Below are positions 51,510-62,307 of a stretch of DNA of 64,000 nt, piece after piece. The position numbers and the translations under genes are program-made. The notes beneath the pieces are model-generated. The model saw only the letters and a program-made list of their open reading frames with translations. It was not told the origin of the DNA and did no database searches. The DNA comes from Candidatus Bathyarchaeota archaeon. GTDB lineage: Archaea; Thermoproteota; Bathyarchaeia; Bathyarchaeales; DTEX01. Position 1 is the first letter of the stretch, and each line of letters begins with the position of its first letter. The stretch is from positions 63,071 to 127,070 of the forward strand of contig CAVQNT010000004.1 of assembly GCA_963714275.1 (NCBI GenBank). The letters are read 5' to 3'.

Positions 51510-51674
51510 AAACTCTTTTACTCTTTTTAATACCTCATCGAGAGTAACGTAGACGTCTTCATCTGGAAACTCTGGATTTTTTTTGGTTCTTAGGATTATT
51601 ATGTAACCTTTCTCCATTTTTCCAATTGTTACTTCTTTTTGTAAATACATTTTACCTTCTTTTCGATAATACAT
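51498..51674 (-). CDS. Possible small protein (58 aa)
   Basis: Not in the track. MYYRKEGKMYLQKEVTIGKMEKGYIIILRTKKNPEFPDEDVYVTLDEVLKRVKEFLKE. It overlaps the cupin 3' end by 12 nt. Confidence 0.25.
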   Translation of the reverse strand: MYYRKEGKMYLQKEVTIGKMEKGYIIILRTKKNPEFPDEDVYVTLDEVLKRVKEFLKE

Positions 51675-51909
51675 GCTTTAATCCCGATAAAAAAAGTTTC
51701 TGCAAATTAACTAATTATACAATGTTATATATAAAAAAGGGAGAGAAGTTTGCGTCTTGCTGAAAGACTTATTGATATCTGACTTGGATAGTTCAAATAA
51801 CTCATATTACCAACATTTGGACATTATAATGATACATCACTTACGTTTTTGGAATATTTTTACTCCGTTGAACTCGCAGCCAGTGCTTCTCAGCCAGACT
51901 CCAAATGTT

Positions 51910-52405
51910 TTATGCACGACTATTCGAGCTGTCTGTCTTTAGATCGGCAAAATAACCGAATATCCACTCTTTGATGTCATCTCTTGTGCGTCGAAAGGCA
52001 GCAATCTTTTCCTCGTCACTTCCATCCACTTCGGAAGGATCACTGAAACCATGGTGGAGATAATGTTTTGCTCCAGGTAATGTCGTGTTAATTATCTCAG
52101 GTCTGCTATGAAGTATCGGTGAAGAGCAAAATGGACAGATCACTTTCGGGCTGCTCCTGCACACTGATACAACTACGTCAATATCCTTGTTTCGGAACTC
52201 TTCAATGCTCTTGGAAGTCTGCTTGGAAATATCTATCCCTATCTCAGCCATAACCTTAATGGCTAAGGGGATGAACCTGCGTCGGGCTTGAGCCTGCACT
52301 AAAAACTTCATACTTTTCACCAAAAAAATGCCTAAGCAACCCTTCAGCCATCTGCGATCGGGCTGAATTGTGAGTACACAAGAACAGGACTTTAATCTTA
52401 TTCAT
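51910..52405 (-). CDS. arsC: Arsenate reductase, LMW-PTP family (one frameshift near 52300)
   Basis: An ATG at 52405 gives [22 protein letters not shown] (the CX5R P-loop). Track ORF 51910..52323 supplies the remainder ([18 protein letters not shown]). Confidence 0.82.
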
Positions 52406-52678
52406 TTATTAATACCTTCCCTTTCGATGGTTTTTGGCGAAGGGGCAACAAGAAGAACCTTCTTCATGATCATAAACCACCCAAAACGTCAAGTTGAAAT
52501 ATATACAATTTTGTAACTTAACCCTTACGATACTAAAGAAATATATAAGATGATGGAAGTTTTTGATGTTACCAAACTGATTTTGAAAGCAAAATCATTG
52601 AAAGTTAATCAAAATTTTAAATCATTATTAAAACAAAAGAACTATTTAATTGTAGAAAAGACGAAAAAGAGGATCGGA

Positions 52679-55262
52679 ATGAAAGAGAAAAATAACAATG
52701 TAAAAAATCAATCAAGATTATTAAAAGTTAATTTGCCCATCCCATTTTACTGGTGGGCATTGCCGAAAGAAAAAATATTGGAAAGTCTACATGTCGATCC
52801 TAAGAATGGTCTATCAATCAAGCAAGTTCAAGAACACCGAGCGATTTTTGGTGCAAATGTCCTAAAGGAACTGAAACCCACGAGTATTTGGAGACTAGTA
52901 CTTGAAGGCATTAAACAGCCGATGATGGTTCTGCTACTATCAATCGCCGCTATTTCATTTATTTTCAGAGAACTTGTTGAAGGAGTGGTAATGATCTTTG
53001 TTGTCGCCGCATACATCTCGGTTGAGTTCATAAACAAGTTTCGATGCCGATCGCACCATGGCTCGGCTCAGAGAACTCACCCAACCCACCACCAAAGTCA
53101 TTCGAGAAGGCAAGGAACAGGAGATTCCCACAGCAGATGTGGTTGTTGGCGATCTGATAATACTCTCTGCTGGCGTTCGCGTCGCAGCTGATGCCCGGCT
53201 AATAGAATCAAGCGGTCTACTAGTGAATGAAGCCTCGCTGACAGGTGAATCACAGCCAGTAAGAAAAGAAGCTGGAGCGGAAGTTGCCGAAAAATCAAAT
53301 ATTGCTGAAAGGGTCAACTCTGTTTTCTCTGGTACAACAGTTTTTGACGGTGAAGGAAAGGCAGTTGTCTTGGCGGTTGGCGAGAAAAGTGAGCTCGGAA
53401 AAATTGCAGAAGAAGTAGGAACAGCTCAGAAAGAGCAGACGCCATTGCAGCAAGCGATGACAAGACTTGTGAAGAACCTAGCACTGTTCGTGGTCATTGT
53501 CAGTGCCATAATTCCAGCTAATCGGTTTTCTGCGCGGGCTTGACTTGCAGCAGATGGTGTTAACGTGGCTAGCCCTCACGTTTCTCATGGTGCCTGGTCA
53601 ACCTCCAGTTATCATTACGATGGCATTGGCCCTCGCCTCTTTTGAGCTGGCAAGAAAGAATGTTGTAGTGAAGCGTCTACGAGGCGCTGAGACACTTGGG
53701 ATCAGTAACATCGATTGTTACTGATAAGACTGGTACGTTAACTGAAAACAGGATGAGAGTTGAGAAATTCATTCTTGCCAGATGGAGAAGAGGTAGCCCC
53801 ACAAAAAATGCCTCAAGAACTTAAAGAAAAAATTTCACTTGCTCTTCCCGAATACCTCAATGACCCCACTGATGAAGCTGTAGCGCAGATACTTGAAAAG
53901 ACTTCACGAGAGAGAAGCAAAGCCCACTCTCCTTTGAAGGGTTTTCGGAAGGGCATCCATGGCGTACTCTAATCTACAAAAGTAGTGAGGGTTATGTTCA
54001 TGCAGTTGCTGGAAAACCAGAACTTCTAATCGAGTCCTCAACACTTAACTTTGAGAGAAAAGAACGATTGGGAAAAATCGTTACAGTCGAAGGCGATTTG
54101 GGGAAGAGGGTCGTTGCATATGCCACATTTGAATCAGAGATCCCAAAAAAGGACAAACTTGAAGGGATAGATTTCTTAGCATTGGCAGTGCTTGAAGACC
54201 CTGTTCGCGAAGGTGCGAAGGAAGCAGTTGCTGTTCTTACAGATGCTGGTATCAAAACCTATATTGTAACTGGAGATCATCCAGCGACTACAAAAGCCGT
54301 AGCAGAGAAAATAGGGCTGGCTGGGAAAATTGTTACAGGCGATCAACTAGAGAAAATGGATGAGAAGGAACTTGACGAGGTAATCCAGTCAGTTCGCCTT
54401 TTTGCTCGTACGTCGCCTCTGCAGAAACTCCGCCTAGTCAAGGCTCTTCAATCGCAAGGAGAAGAGGTGGCGGTGATAGGAGATGGCGTCAACGACGCTC
54501 CTGCAATCAAATCTGCCAATGTGGGCGTGGCGATGGGTGAGATTGGAACTGACCTTGCTAAAGAGACAGCGGATCTTGTACTGACTGATGACAATTATGT
54601 CCATATCCGTGATGGAGTCGCTATTGGAAGGAAGGCGATTGACAATTTCCGAAAAGGGTTGACGTACTACCTTTCGGCAAAAGCAATTCTCCTCTCTGTC
54701 TTCATCGTTCCTCTGGCTCTGGGTATTCCTTTCCCATTTGCACCGATTCACATTATTTTGATTGAGCTTTTGATGGATTTGGCCTCATCAACAATATTTG
54801 TCACCGAGGTCGCTGAACCAGACGTTTTGAAGCGCCACCCCCAGAAGATAGACGAGTATCTAAAACGCTCTATTTTGTTAAAGAATCTTTCAGAACGGAG
54901 TGGGTCTTGCAATAGGGATTTTGGCGATTTATCTTTCACTCTATCTTCCAGACTAGGAAATGTTGTTTTGGCACAGACAGCTGCTTTCGTAACGTGGCTT
55001 CTAGGACATATCTTTCTAGCGCTTAATTTGAAGCAGGAAAAGGTGTCGCTTCTTGAAACAGGGGATTTTCTCCAACCGCTTTGGCACTTTCTGGCTTCTG
55101 AGCATGGTTGTACTGACTATCTCAATAACCAATGTTGCCCCTGTTTTCCCATATATCAAGACAACTTCGCTTACCTCTATTAATATGGTCGGAGATCTTG
55201 TTTATTGTTATTGTTTCGACATTTTGGATCGAGACTCCGAAGCTGATGCGACTAGGTTTTAG
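52679..55262 (+). pseudogene. Cation-transporting P-type ATPase (type II-like), broken by about 6 or more frameshifts
   Basis: Fragments 52550..53191, 53058..53543, about 53540-53760, 53760..53972, 54068..55183 and 55053..55262. Cation_ATPase_N (LS.KQVQEHRAIFGANVL), TGES, DKTGTLTEN (read in a shifted frame near 53720), GDGVNDAPAIKSANVGVAMG. Confidence 0.8.
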
Positions 55263-55414
55263 TAAGCGCACATTACAATAAGTTTATTTCGGGCTAACTC
55301 GAAATCCCGTATTTACCATTCTCTTATCTATGATTAATTTTTCACTGTTGTCTTTGAAGTGGAAATTGTGATATACGGATCGTTTACAATATTCTGAAAT
55401 GTAAGCGCGCATAC

Positions 55415-56221
55415 ATGTTGAATATTATGGAATTGAAACAGACTCTGAACCTGTTTGATGCCACTTCCATCGGCATTGGAGCCATAATAGGTGCAGGAAT
55501 CTTTGTTGTATTAGGCTTAACTACGGGTTACGCCGGTCCATCTGTCATCATTTCGATGATAATTGCTGGCGTTGTAGCCTCTTTTACTGCTTTCAGTTTT
55601 GCTGAGTTAGGCTCAGCAATTCCGAGAGAAGGAGGCGCCTATGCGTACGCATACGAATTGATCTCTCCCTTTGTGGCTTTCGTGGTAGGCTGTTTATGGA
55701 TGTTCGCACAGGTAGTAGCGGGAGCAGCGATAAACCTAGGATTTGCAGGTTATTTCGTAACTATATTCCCTGTTAGCGTTCTCTTGACTAACCTTATAGG
55801 TCTGTCCAGAGTCTCATTTGCGATGGCTAGGGATGGTCAGACTCCGAAAACTGCGGCAAAGATATCGTCAAGGTTAGGAACGCCGTATATTTCCATCCTT
55901 ATTATGGGTGCAATGACAGTCTCTGTTGCCGCTCGTTTTAGATTTGAAGCAAATAGTAGCAATGACAAGTTTCGGGATTTTATCTACGCATGTCGTCGTA
56001 AACCTTTCAGCAATAAGCCTTAGAAAGAAAATGCTGCATTCAACTACGTTTAGAACTCCGCTTTACCATTAATTCCCTTTTTAGGTATCACTAGTTGCAT
56101 TATCCTTATGTTTTCCTTACCTGAAGAATCTTGGATTGTTGCATTAGTAATCGTAGCTTCCAGTGCTGGTTTCTATTATCTAAGATCAAAGTGGAGACTT
56201 AAGGGGGCGACTTTAGCATAA
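55415..56221 (+). pseudogene. APC-family amino-acid permease with large internal deletion and C-terminal frameshift
   Basis: TM1-3 (SIGIGAIIGAGIF, FSFAELGSAIPREGGAYAY) join directly onto the late loop SRVSFAMARDGQTPK..GTPYISIL. The middle TMs are missing. An alternative frame continues to a stop at 56219-56221. Confidence 0.7.
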
Positions 56222-56238
56222 AGAATCTTTGAACATTA

Positions 56239-56662
56239 CTATTCCGAGGTTGCTTCAAACTCGACTTTTAGCGGTATTGGCTCCTTAAATATTGACAGTA
56301 CGGGACAGTTTGCTTCTGTTCTTCTCCATGCTGCATCCAACAGTTCCTTTCTTGCCTTTGCAGAAGTATGTACTTTAATGGTCACGCCGGTCAATTTTGG
56401 TGAATCAGCAGTTCTCGGCTTCTGCCACTGCCTCCAGTCTGATGATCTCAATATTGCTTTTTTTGCACACATCCGCAAATATCGTCACTGCACAATCAGC
56501 TAGAGACATCACGGCTAACTCCACGGCTGTGGGACCGCTGTCACTACCACCTTGGGCAGTTGTAAGATCGCAGACCACACAATGTGTCCTAGAATTATCA
56601 ACAACAGTACGAACGTTGTCGACCAATTTAGACTGTTGCTTTATAATTTGGCATTTTCTCAC
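56239..56662 (-). CDS. OsmC/Ohr family peroxiredoxin-like protein (one frameshift)
   Basis: Fragments 56405..56662 (GGSDSGPTAVELAVMSLADCAV) and 56239..56478 (TEANCPVLSIF). Confidence 0.72.
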
Positions 56663-56926
56663 CGTGAATATCTAAGTCGTCCCCCAAATTTAAGAGTTTT
56701 GCGGTTCGAAACACAATTCTTGAAAAACACCTCAATCAGCCACACATATCTAAACCATAGGACGAAGAGATCTTGCGAGTATAACATCTGAAACATGTAA
56801 TGCCATTTTTAAAAGTCTTAAAAAAAGAATTGAATTAGCTGGCTATTACGATACGAGGTTTGCCAAGATAAATTAATGAAATGTTATATGTGAAAAGACG
56901 GCATGACCTTAATGGTTTGAGCCCTC

Positions 56927-57991
56927 ATGATAAACGTGAAATACTATCCAAGCAACGTTTTTAGAGAGAGGGGCATCTTTCAGCAGTCAGTGAACTTCGA
57001 GTTCAGATGTCATATTGCTTCAGAGCGAAGTGCTGTCATCGAGAAAATTTTGGCGGAAGGATTTGACGAGAATGACCATTGCATTTTCAGTCTTTTCGTT
57101 GATAGTATTGCTATGTCACCGTCAGTAGAGATTGTTCCCGAAGGAAAAATGGAACCTGGAAAGACGCTTGAGATTTTCAATCCGATAGCGGAAATACCTT
57201 TGGAATATGAGTTTGAACGAATAGACTTTTCTTTGAGGTTCATAAGCGAAGATGCCACCAATTTAAGAGCAGGAGTTACTGTCAAGCCCGTCGTTTATGA
57301 GCAGAAGGTTCTTCTCGATCTCCCGTTTAGAGGTACTTGCCTCGTTACTGATGGCCACGATTTTCTTGCTCATCATCGACGCATTCCTCTCTTGAACCAA
57401 TACCTCGAGAAGACTGACCTGACGGCTAACAACGTCAGATTTGCATACGACTTCACGGTGGCTGACTCTGAAGGAAAAGTCTACAAGGGAGATGGTTCAA
57501 GATTAGAGGATTTCTATGGTTGGGGCAACCCAGTCCTAGCCCCAGGTGATGGAAAAATAGTTTCTGCAGCACACGATAAAGCTGATAATCCCGCCTTTCG
57601 TGGCTTACCTCCTATTGCACCTGAACAGTATGAACGCCTCCGCACACAGGCGCTTGAACACCTAGAGAGCGTCGGCTTGGAGGGGCTCCATGGCAACCAC
57701 GTCATCATAGACCACGGCAACAGTGAGTTCAGCCTGATAGACCACATGCAGAAAGACTCAGTTAAGGTTGAGGTTGGAGACGAAGTGACGAAAGGCACCG
57801 TTTTAGGAAACATAGGGAACTCTGGAAATAGCGTGACTCCTCATATCCATTACGGACTCCAGAATGGCTTAGACAGTCGCACCTCCGAAGGTTTACCAAG
57901 CAGGTTCAAAGAGTTCGAGCTGTTACTAGGAAATACTGCTAAAAGAATCCAGAATCTATGCCCGAATACTGGAATGATTGTGAAACACTGA
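56927..57991 (+). CDS. M23 (LytM-type) metallopeptidase domain protein
   Basis: HGNHVIIDHGNSEFSLIDHM and GNSGNSVTPHIHYG (the HxxxD / HxH zinc ligands). Confidence 0.82.
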   Translation: MINVKYYPSNVFRERGIFQQSVNFEFRCHIASERSAVIEKILAEGFDENDHCIFSLFVDSIAMSPSVEIVPEGKMEPGKTLEIFNPIAEIPLEYEFERIDFSLRFISEDATNLRAGVTVKPVVYEQKVLLDLPFRGTCLVTDGHDFLAHHRRIPLLNQYLEKTDLTANNVRFAYDFTVADSEGKVYKGDGSRLEDFYGWGNPVLAPGDGKIVSAAHDKADNPAFRGLPPIAPEQYERLRTQALEHLESVGLEGLHGNHVIIDHGNSEFSLIDHMQKDSVKVEVGDEVTKGTVLGNIGNSGNSVTPHIHYGLQNGLDSRTSEGLPSRFKEFELLLGNTAKRIQNLCPNTGMIVKH

Positions 57992-58055
57992 TGGTGGTTG
58001 GTTGAGGTATAGTTTTTAAAAGAAGATTTTAATTAGCGGAACTAGATTTAACATT

Positions 58056-58886
58056 ATGGAAAATACAAGGGAGACTGTACTAAAGGCATCTCGTGCTTAT
58101 TATGCTCATTTGGCCTATTACGAAGACCTCTTGGCTCAGCGATCCCGACGAGCTGCTGAAGCCACAAAACGTGAGCTCGACTTTCTTGAATCTGCCTTCC
58201 GTGCTCATGCTACCCATCAAGTCAGGGATGTGCTTGATGTTGCGTGCGGAAACGGCCGACACATAGTCGGGTTGGCGCACCGTAGTTACCAATGCACTGG
58301 ACTAGACTTCACTCCTGAACGAGTGGAGATAGCTGAAGCTAGAGCTAACCGTGAGAGGGTTTCTGTTAAACTGTTGCGGGGTGATGCCACGAGACTGAAG
58401 TATGAGAATGAGTTTGACGCAGCGCTTGCACTCTACATACTCTTTCTTTTGCCAGACGATGATGATGTATTGAAAAGTCTACAGCAGATTCACCGAGCCT
58501 TAAAACCGGGAGGTGTATTAATCTGCAACATTGGCAACCCTTTCTATGATGGAAAGGATTGGTTTTCTCTCAAGGAGATCCATAAAGGACATAGAGTTAG
58601 TGAAAGGCGTGTTCGTGGCATACGATTTACGACTATAGATCGAATCCAAGACTTTGACCCGGTTCATGGTGTGGCTTGGTGGCAGGAGAAGAGTATAATT
58701 GAGGCTCCCGACGGCATACACATTTTCCGAGACCGCGAACGCCTGCGACTCTTCACTTACTGGGACATTCTTCACTATCTTCATGAAGCTGGATTCAAGG
58801 AGATCAAGTGCTACCCTGATTGGCAGATTAAGCCACGTAAAAAACCCAAGAAGGAAAAGTTAATCTTCGTTTCCCGAAAAGACTAA
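58056..58886 (+). CDS. Class I SAM-dependent methyltransferase
   Basis: VLDVACGNGRH (motif I), FDAALALY, LKPGGVLI. Confidence 0.8.
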   Translation: MENTRETVLKASRAYYAHLAYYEDLLAQRSRRAAEATKRELDFLESAFRAHATHQVRDVLDVACGNGRHIVGLAHRSYQCTGLDFTPERVEIAEARANRERVSVKLLRGDATRLKYENEFDAALALYILFLLPDDDDVLKSLQQIHRALKPGGVLICNIGNPFYDGKDWFSLKEIHKGHRVSERRVRGIRFTTIDRIQDFDPVHGVAWWQEKSIIEAPDGIHIFRDRERLRLFTYWDILHYLHEAGFKEIKCYPDWQIKPRKKPKKEKLIFVSRKD

Positions 58887-58895
58887 CATTTTTTT

Positions 58896-58925
58896 TGGGA
58901 TTTGGGCTTAGGATTAAATTTAATA
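58896..58925. repeat. Solo copy of the casposon terminal module (G/T-rich tract + GATTAAATTTAAT)
   Basis: TTTGGGATTTGGGCTTAGG-ATTAAATTTAAT. The right arm of element 1, read outward-in, is TTTGGGTTTGGG-ATTAAAATTTAAT. Confidence 0.55.
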
Positions 58926-59077
58926 CATACCACTACCCGTAGTGAGCTTAGCTGAGCTTCTATATAGAACACATATATATATATTTAATACTTATTGCCA
59001 TGTCAAGAAGATTTAATAAATCATTAAGCTATTTTTATGATACATCAAATTTTTTCATCATTTAGGAAGATAGGCTT

Positions 59078-59386
59078 ATGAGTGAGGTTTTAACCCCAAT
59101 CGTCTATCAGATGGGAATTGGTGGAATTTTAGGATTCTTCAGCGGATACGCTGTCAAAAAAATCGCAAAGATCATTGCTGTCCTCATTGGCTTAGGAGCT
59201 CTTCTACTCATCTATTTAGGCTACGAAGGAATCATCACCATCAATTATGACAAGTCTATCTCAGATGATTCAGAACCTAATGGGAACAGTAGCCAAGCCT
59301 CAATTGCTTTGACACCGATAATTGCGAACCTGCCCTTCGCTGGAAGCTTCATCGCGGGCGTAGCAGTCGGCGCAAAACTTGGATAG
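59078..59386 (+). CDS. FUN14-family small membrane protein
   Basis: 102 aa. GGILGFFSGYAVKKIAKIIAVLIGLGALLLI. Confidence 0.6.
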   Translation: MSEVLTPIVYQMGIGGILGFFSGYAVKKIAKIIAVLIGLGALLLIYLGYEGIITINYDKSISDDSEPNGNSSQASIALTPIIANLPFAGSFIAGVAVGAKLG

Positions 59387-59644
59387 CAAATTAGGGGACA
59401 AAATCATGAACAGCGAAATACCTCAGTCACTACAGGTTATCCCCTATGTCTTGCTGGTTCAAACTAATCGAGAAAGATGGAAAAGAGCAGTCTGCAAGAA
59501 GCTGCTTTCAGTTATAGAATTTCTAAGTTAAATTGCAGGTAACAATCTAATTCCCAAACCCAATCTTTCTTGTTCTTTCTTTTATTCATGTTTTTTTACG
59601 ATAAGCTTTTATGAACATGCAACGAGTGAATTACTAGGAGAAGT

Positions 59645-59995
59645 TTGAAAATGTTTCTTGCTTCGAAATACTATATTAAGGCGGAAAAAACGGCTGAATT
59701 CCAGAAATGGCTCCTTTCTGACGACGCAAAGGACCTTATCAAGAAATTTGAAAAGGAAACAGGCTTCAAATACATTGACACATACTTCCCCATTCTTGGA
59801 TTTGGCGATGATGCTATTGTCGACTGGTATGAAATTCCCAATTGGGCTACTTTAGACAAGGTAAGGACGTCAAAAACTATGCAAGAGATGTCTGATAAGA
59901 CATGGGACTTCATGGATAATACGAGGTTTGTTTCAAGCGTGGTATATCGAGCAACTAGCGATGTTCAAGTCTTTGCCCCACCTAAGAAAAAATAA
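59645..59995 (+). CDS. Hypothetical protein
   Basis: 116-aa ORF, no motif recognised. Confidence 0.35.
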   Translation: MKMFLASKYYIKAEKTAEFQKWLLSDDAKDLIKKFEKETGFKYIDTYFPILGFGDDAIVDWYEIPNWATLDKVRTSKTMQEMSDKTWDFMDNTRFVSSVVYRATSDVQVFAPPKKK

Positions 59996-60663
59996 TCCAC
60001 CCCATTTCTCTTTTTGTGCGTGTGTGCATTAAAATTAATCTTTTTCTCTCAGACTATAGACTATCGATAAGTTTTTGAGCGAATCATATATAGAAGCCTA
60101 TTATCTGGGTGATTTTGAATGTCTGAAGGCGAAAAGGATTATTCTGATTTCATTAGTCACTTGGGAAGTATGAGTCACATTTTTTTTATTTTTTACAGGC
60201 TTTACTTTGACAGTGCTCGTAATATTCATCACTGGATTTTCTGACCCAAGCCCATTATTAATACAAGTTACATTGTTTCTCCTGTGTTTTCTACTTGATT
60301 TGTTTATCTTCTTACTGGGATGGATAAGCAACCTTGACATCTATTACATCAAAGACATACCTCCATACACAAAAGGAATGAGGATATGTAAGCTTTCTCG
60401 AATACTTAGGCATCAGCCTATTTGGCATAATAGTAGCTTTATTGTTTATTTTCTACAACCTTATTTTTCTGGCTTCAGCATCATTTACAATGTTTGCAGT
60501 TTTTCTCATCTTGAGTTACTTCTATATAACGAAACCACAAATGGAAATACGGAAAAAACAATCCTCAAAATCTAACCAGTAAAAATATTTTTATTTAGTG
60601 AGCTAGGCAATTATAAACAAGTTGCTTATATTAGTGAGTTGGCTGAACGGTTCGGGGTGAACC

Positions 60664-60798
60664 TATGACCACAGTAATGTTTGGTCTTGAATTTGTTCTT
60701 TTCCTAATTTGTTTGTTCATTTTCCTTTCTTCAATCATTGAGGTCTTCAATTATTATAGGGAACAGAAAGAAAGAAAAAAAAGTCAGAGGAAAAGATA
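60664..60798 (+). CDS. Possible small single-TM protein (44 aa)
   Basis: Not in the track. MTTVMFGLEFVLFLICLFIFLSSIIEVFNYYREQKERKKSQRKR. The nearby ORF 60207..60575 also looks like a frameshifted membrane protein. Confidence 0.25.
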
Positions 60799-60856
60799 AA
60801 ACAATTAGAGGAAACGTTGAAGCGATTAGAGAATGCCGACTCTTAAACTTTCGTGG

Positions 60857-60946
60857 TCAGAGTTGAACAATTCTTGGAATCCATGTTTCTCGTTCGCCAC
60901 GAAGGTATTTAGCGAACAAAAGAGCCTCTTCACAAATTAGCGTTTC
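60857..60946 (-). pseudogene. cas1: Cas1 (casposase) 3'-terminal remnant no. 2
   Basis: Translates to ETLICEEALLFAKYLRGERETWIPRIVQL*. The intact Cas1 reads NTLINEEALLFAKFLRNERETWIPRTVLP*. Homology stops exactly at an AGCTCAGCT motif (60948-60956). Confidence 0.8.
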
Positions 60947-61183
60947 AAGCTCAGCTAGTCTTTATACTAGCTTCATAAGTCTAAAATAGGGTGCATCTCA
61001 CACTTCAGAGGTAAATGTGATGTCAGTTATGACCACCTTGAAGGCGGAAATAGTGGAAAGAGATCTGAGGCTTAAAGCCAAGAAGTTTTGTAGTCTCGCA
61101 GATACATGCCTACACATAGGTCGGAACGAATGTGCTCAATGCCTTCAAAGCTCTCTTAAAGTTATTCTTCCTCCCCAGACTAC

Positions 61184-61924
61184 CTAAGTCAGCTTAGCTG
61201 AGGTGCTCAGTGAATCCAAGCCATCTTTTTGGAAATTTTGAATCTGTTTAATTTGAACATCGATCTTCAAAATTTCTTCCCGATTGTGTTGCATGCTTTT
61301 TTTAGCGTCTTCTTTGTTTCTTTCAAGCTTCGGTAGTAGATTAGCAATCTCTTCAATCTTCTTTCTTTTTTCTACTATCTCTTTTTCTAAAAGCTTCTTT
61401 TTTTCAAGTTTTTCTTGTATGTCATTTTGAAGGCTTTCATTTTCATCTTCTAGCTTTGGAAAAAGCTCGGTTACTTCAGTGATTCTTTCTTGCATCTGAT
61501 CAATATCTTTCTCTAAAAATTCTTTTTTTTCATCGAGTTTTGGAATTGACTCCGATATTGACTCGATCTTTGTCTTTATTCCCTCTCTAATTCTCTCATA
61601 CTCACCTAATATGTTTTTTAGCTGCGCTAACGTCTTATTTACATCCGTATTATCACGTATAATTTTTTCCCCGGATTTTTGAGCATTAAGAATCCCTTCT
61701 ATCAGCTCCTCTTTATGCCCCTTCTTTGAGATTCCGAGGCTAGAAGCCATCTTCCACAGTTCAGGCATCGACATCTGTAAGAATTTTTCTCTTTCAGAAG
61801 GTTTATTGGACATCTGAGGCTGTTCTTCATATTCTTGTTGCTCAGCTTCGTCCAACCATCTTTCCATATTTCTTTCAGTAGCATCCATTTGCTCTTCAGA
61901 CTTTTTTTCCTTAAATAAACCCAT
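61184..61924 (-). CDS. Coiled-coil protein with SAP/Rho-N-like motif
   Basis: 246 aa. MPELWKMASSLGISKKGHKEELIEGIL, followed by a long K/E-rich coiled coil. Confidence 0.45.
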   Translation of the reverse strand: MGLFKEKKSEEQMDATERNMERWLDEAEQQEYEEQPQMSNKPSEREKFLQMSMPELWKMASSLGISKKGHKEELIEGILNAQKSGEKIIRDNTDVNKTLAQLKNILGEYERIREGIKTKIESISESIPKLDEKKEFLEKDIDQMQERITEVTELFPKLEDENESLQNDIQEKLEKKKLLEKEIVEKRKKIEEIANLLPKLERNKEDAKKSMQHNREEILKIDVQIKQIQNFQKDGLDSLSTSAKLT

Positions 61925-62088
61925 TTATATCGCCTACGCTGACATTAAATAAAAAAAGATATTAGAATTATGAATACAGAGTAAGTATTCACACACCATA
62001 TTTCAAAAAATGTAATATTTATATGAAATATACATTTTATCAAGATATATAAAACCTAGAAAAGTAAAATAAAAATCCAGAAGCTCAG

Positions 62089-62307
62089 CTAGTTAGAAAA
62101 ATTTTTACCAAACTTAGACATTAACGAAAGACCTTGTTTATAGACTCTTTTTACATTGAAGTTCCTGTCGAAATGAACCTTAATCACTTCACAATCGGGA
62201 TTTGGACATATAAAATCTCGTTTCTGTCTACGTAATATTGAGCCGCACGATGGGCATTTTGGCTCAGCCTTTCTCAATTTTAAAACCCCATAAATGGAAT
62301 GAAACAA
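62089..62307 (-). CDS. Small zinc-ribbon protein
   Basis: 72 aa. CPSCGSILRRQKRDFICPNPDC. Confidence 0.45.
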   Translation of the reverse strand: MFHSIYGVLKLRKAEPKCPSCGSILRRQKRDFICPNPDCEVIKVHFDRNFNVKRVYKQGLSLMSKFGKNFSN

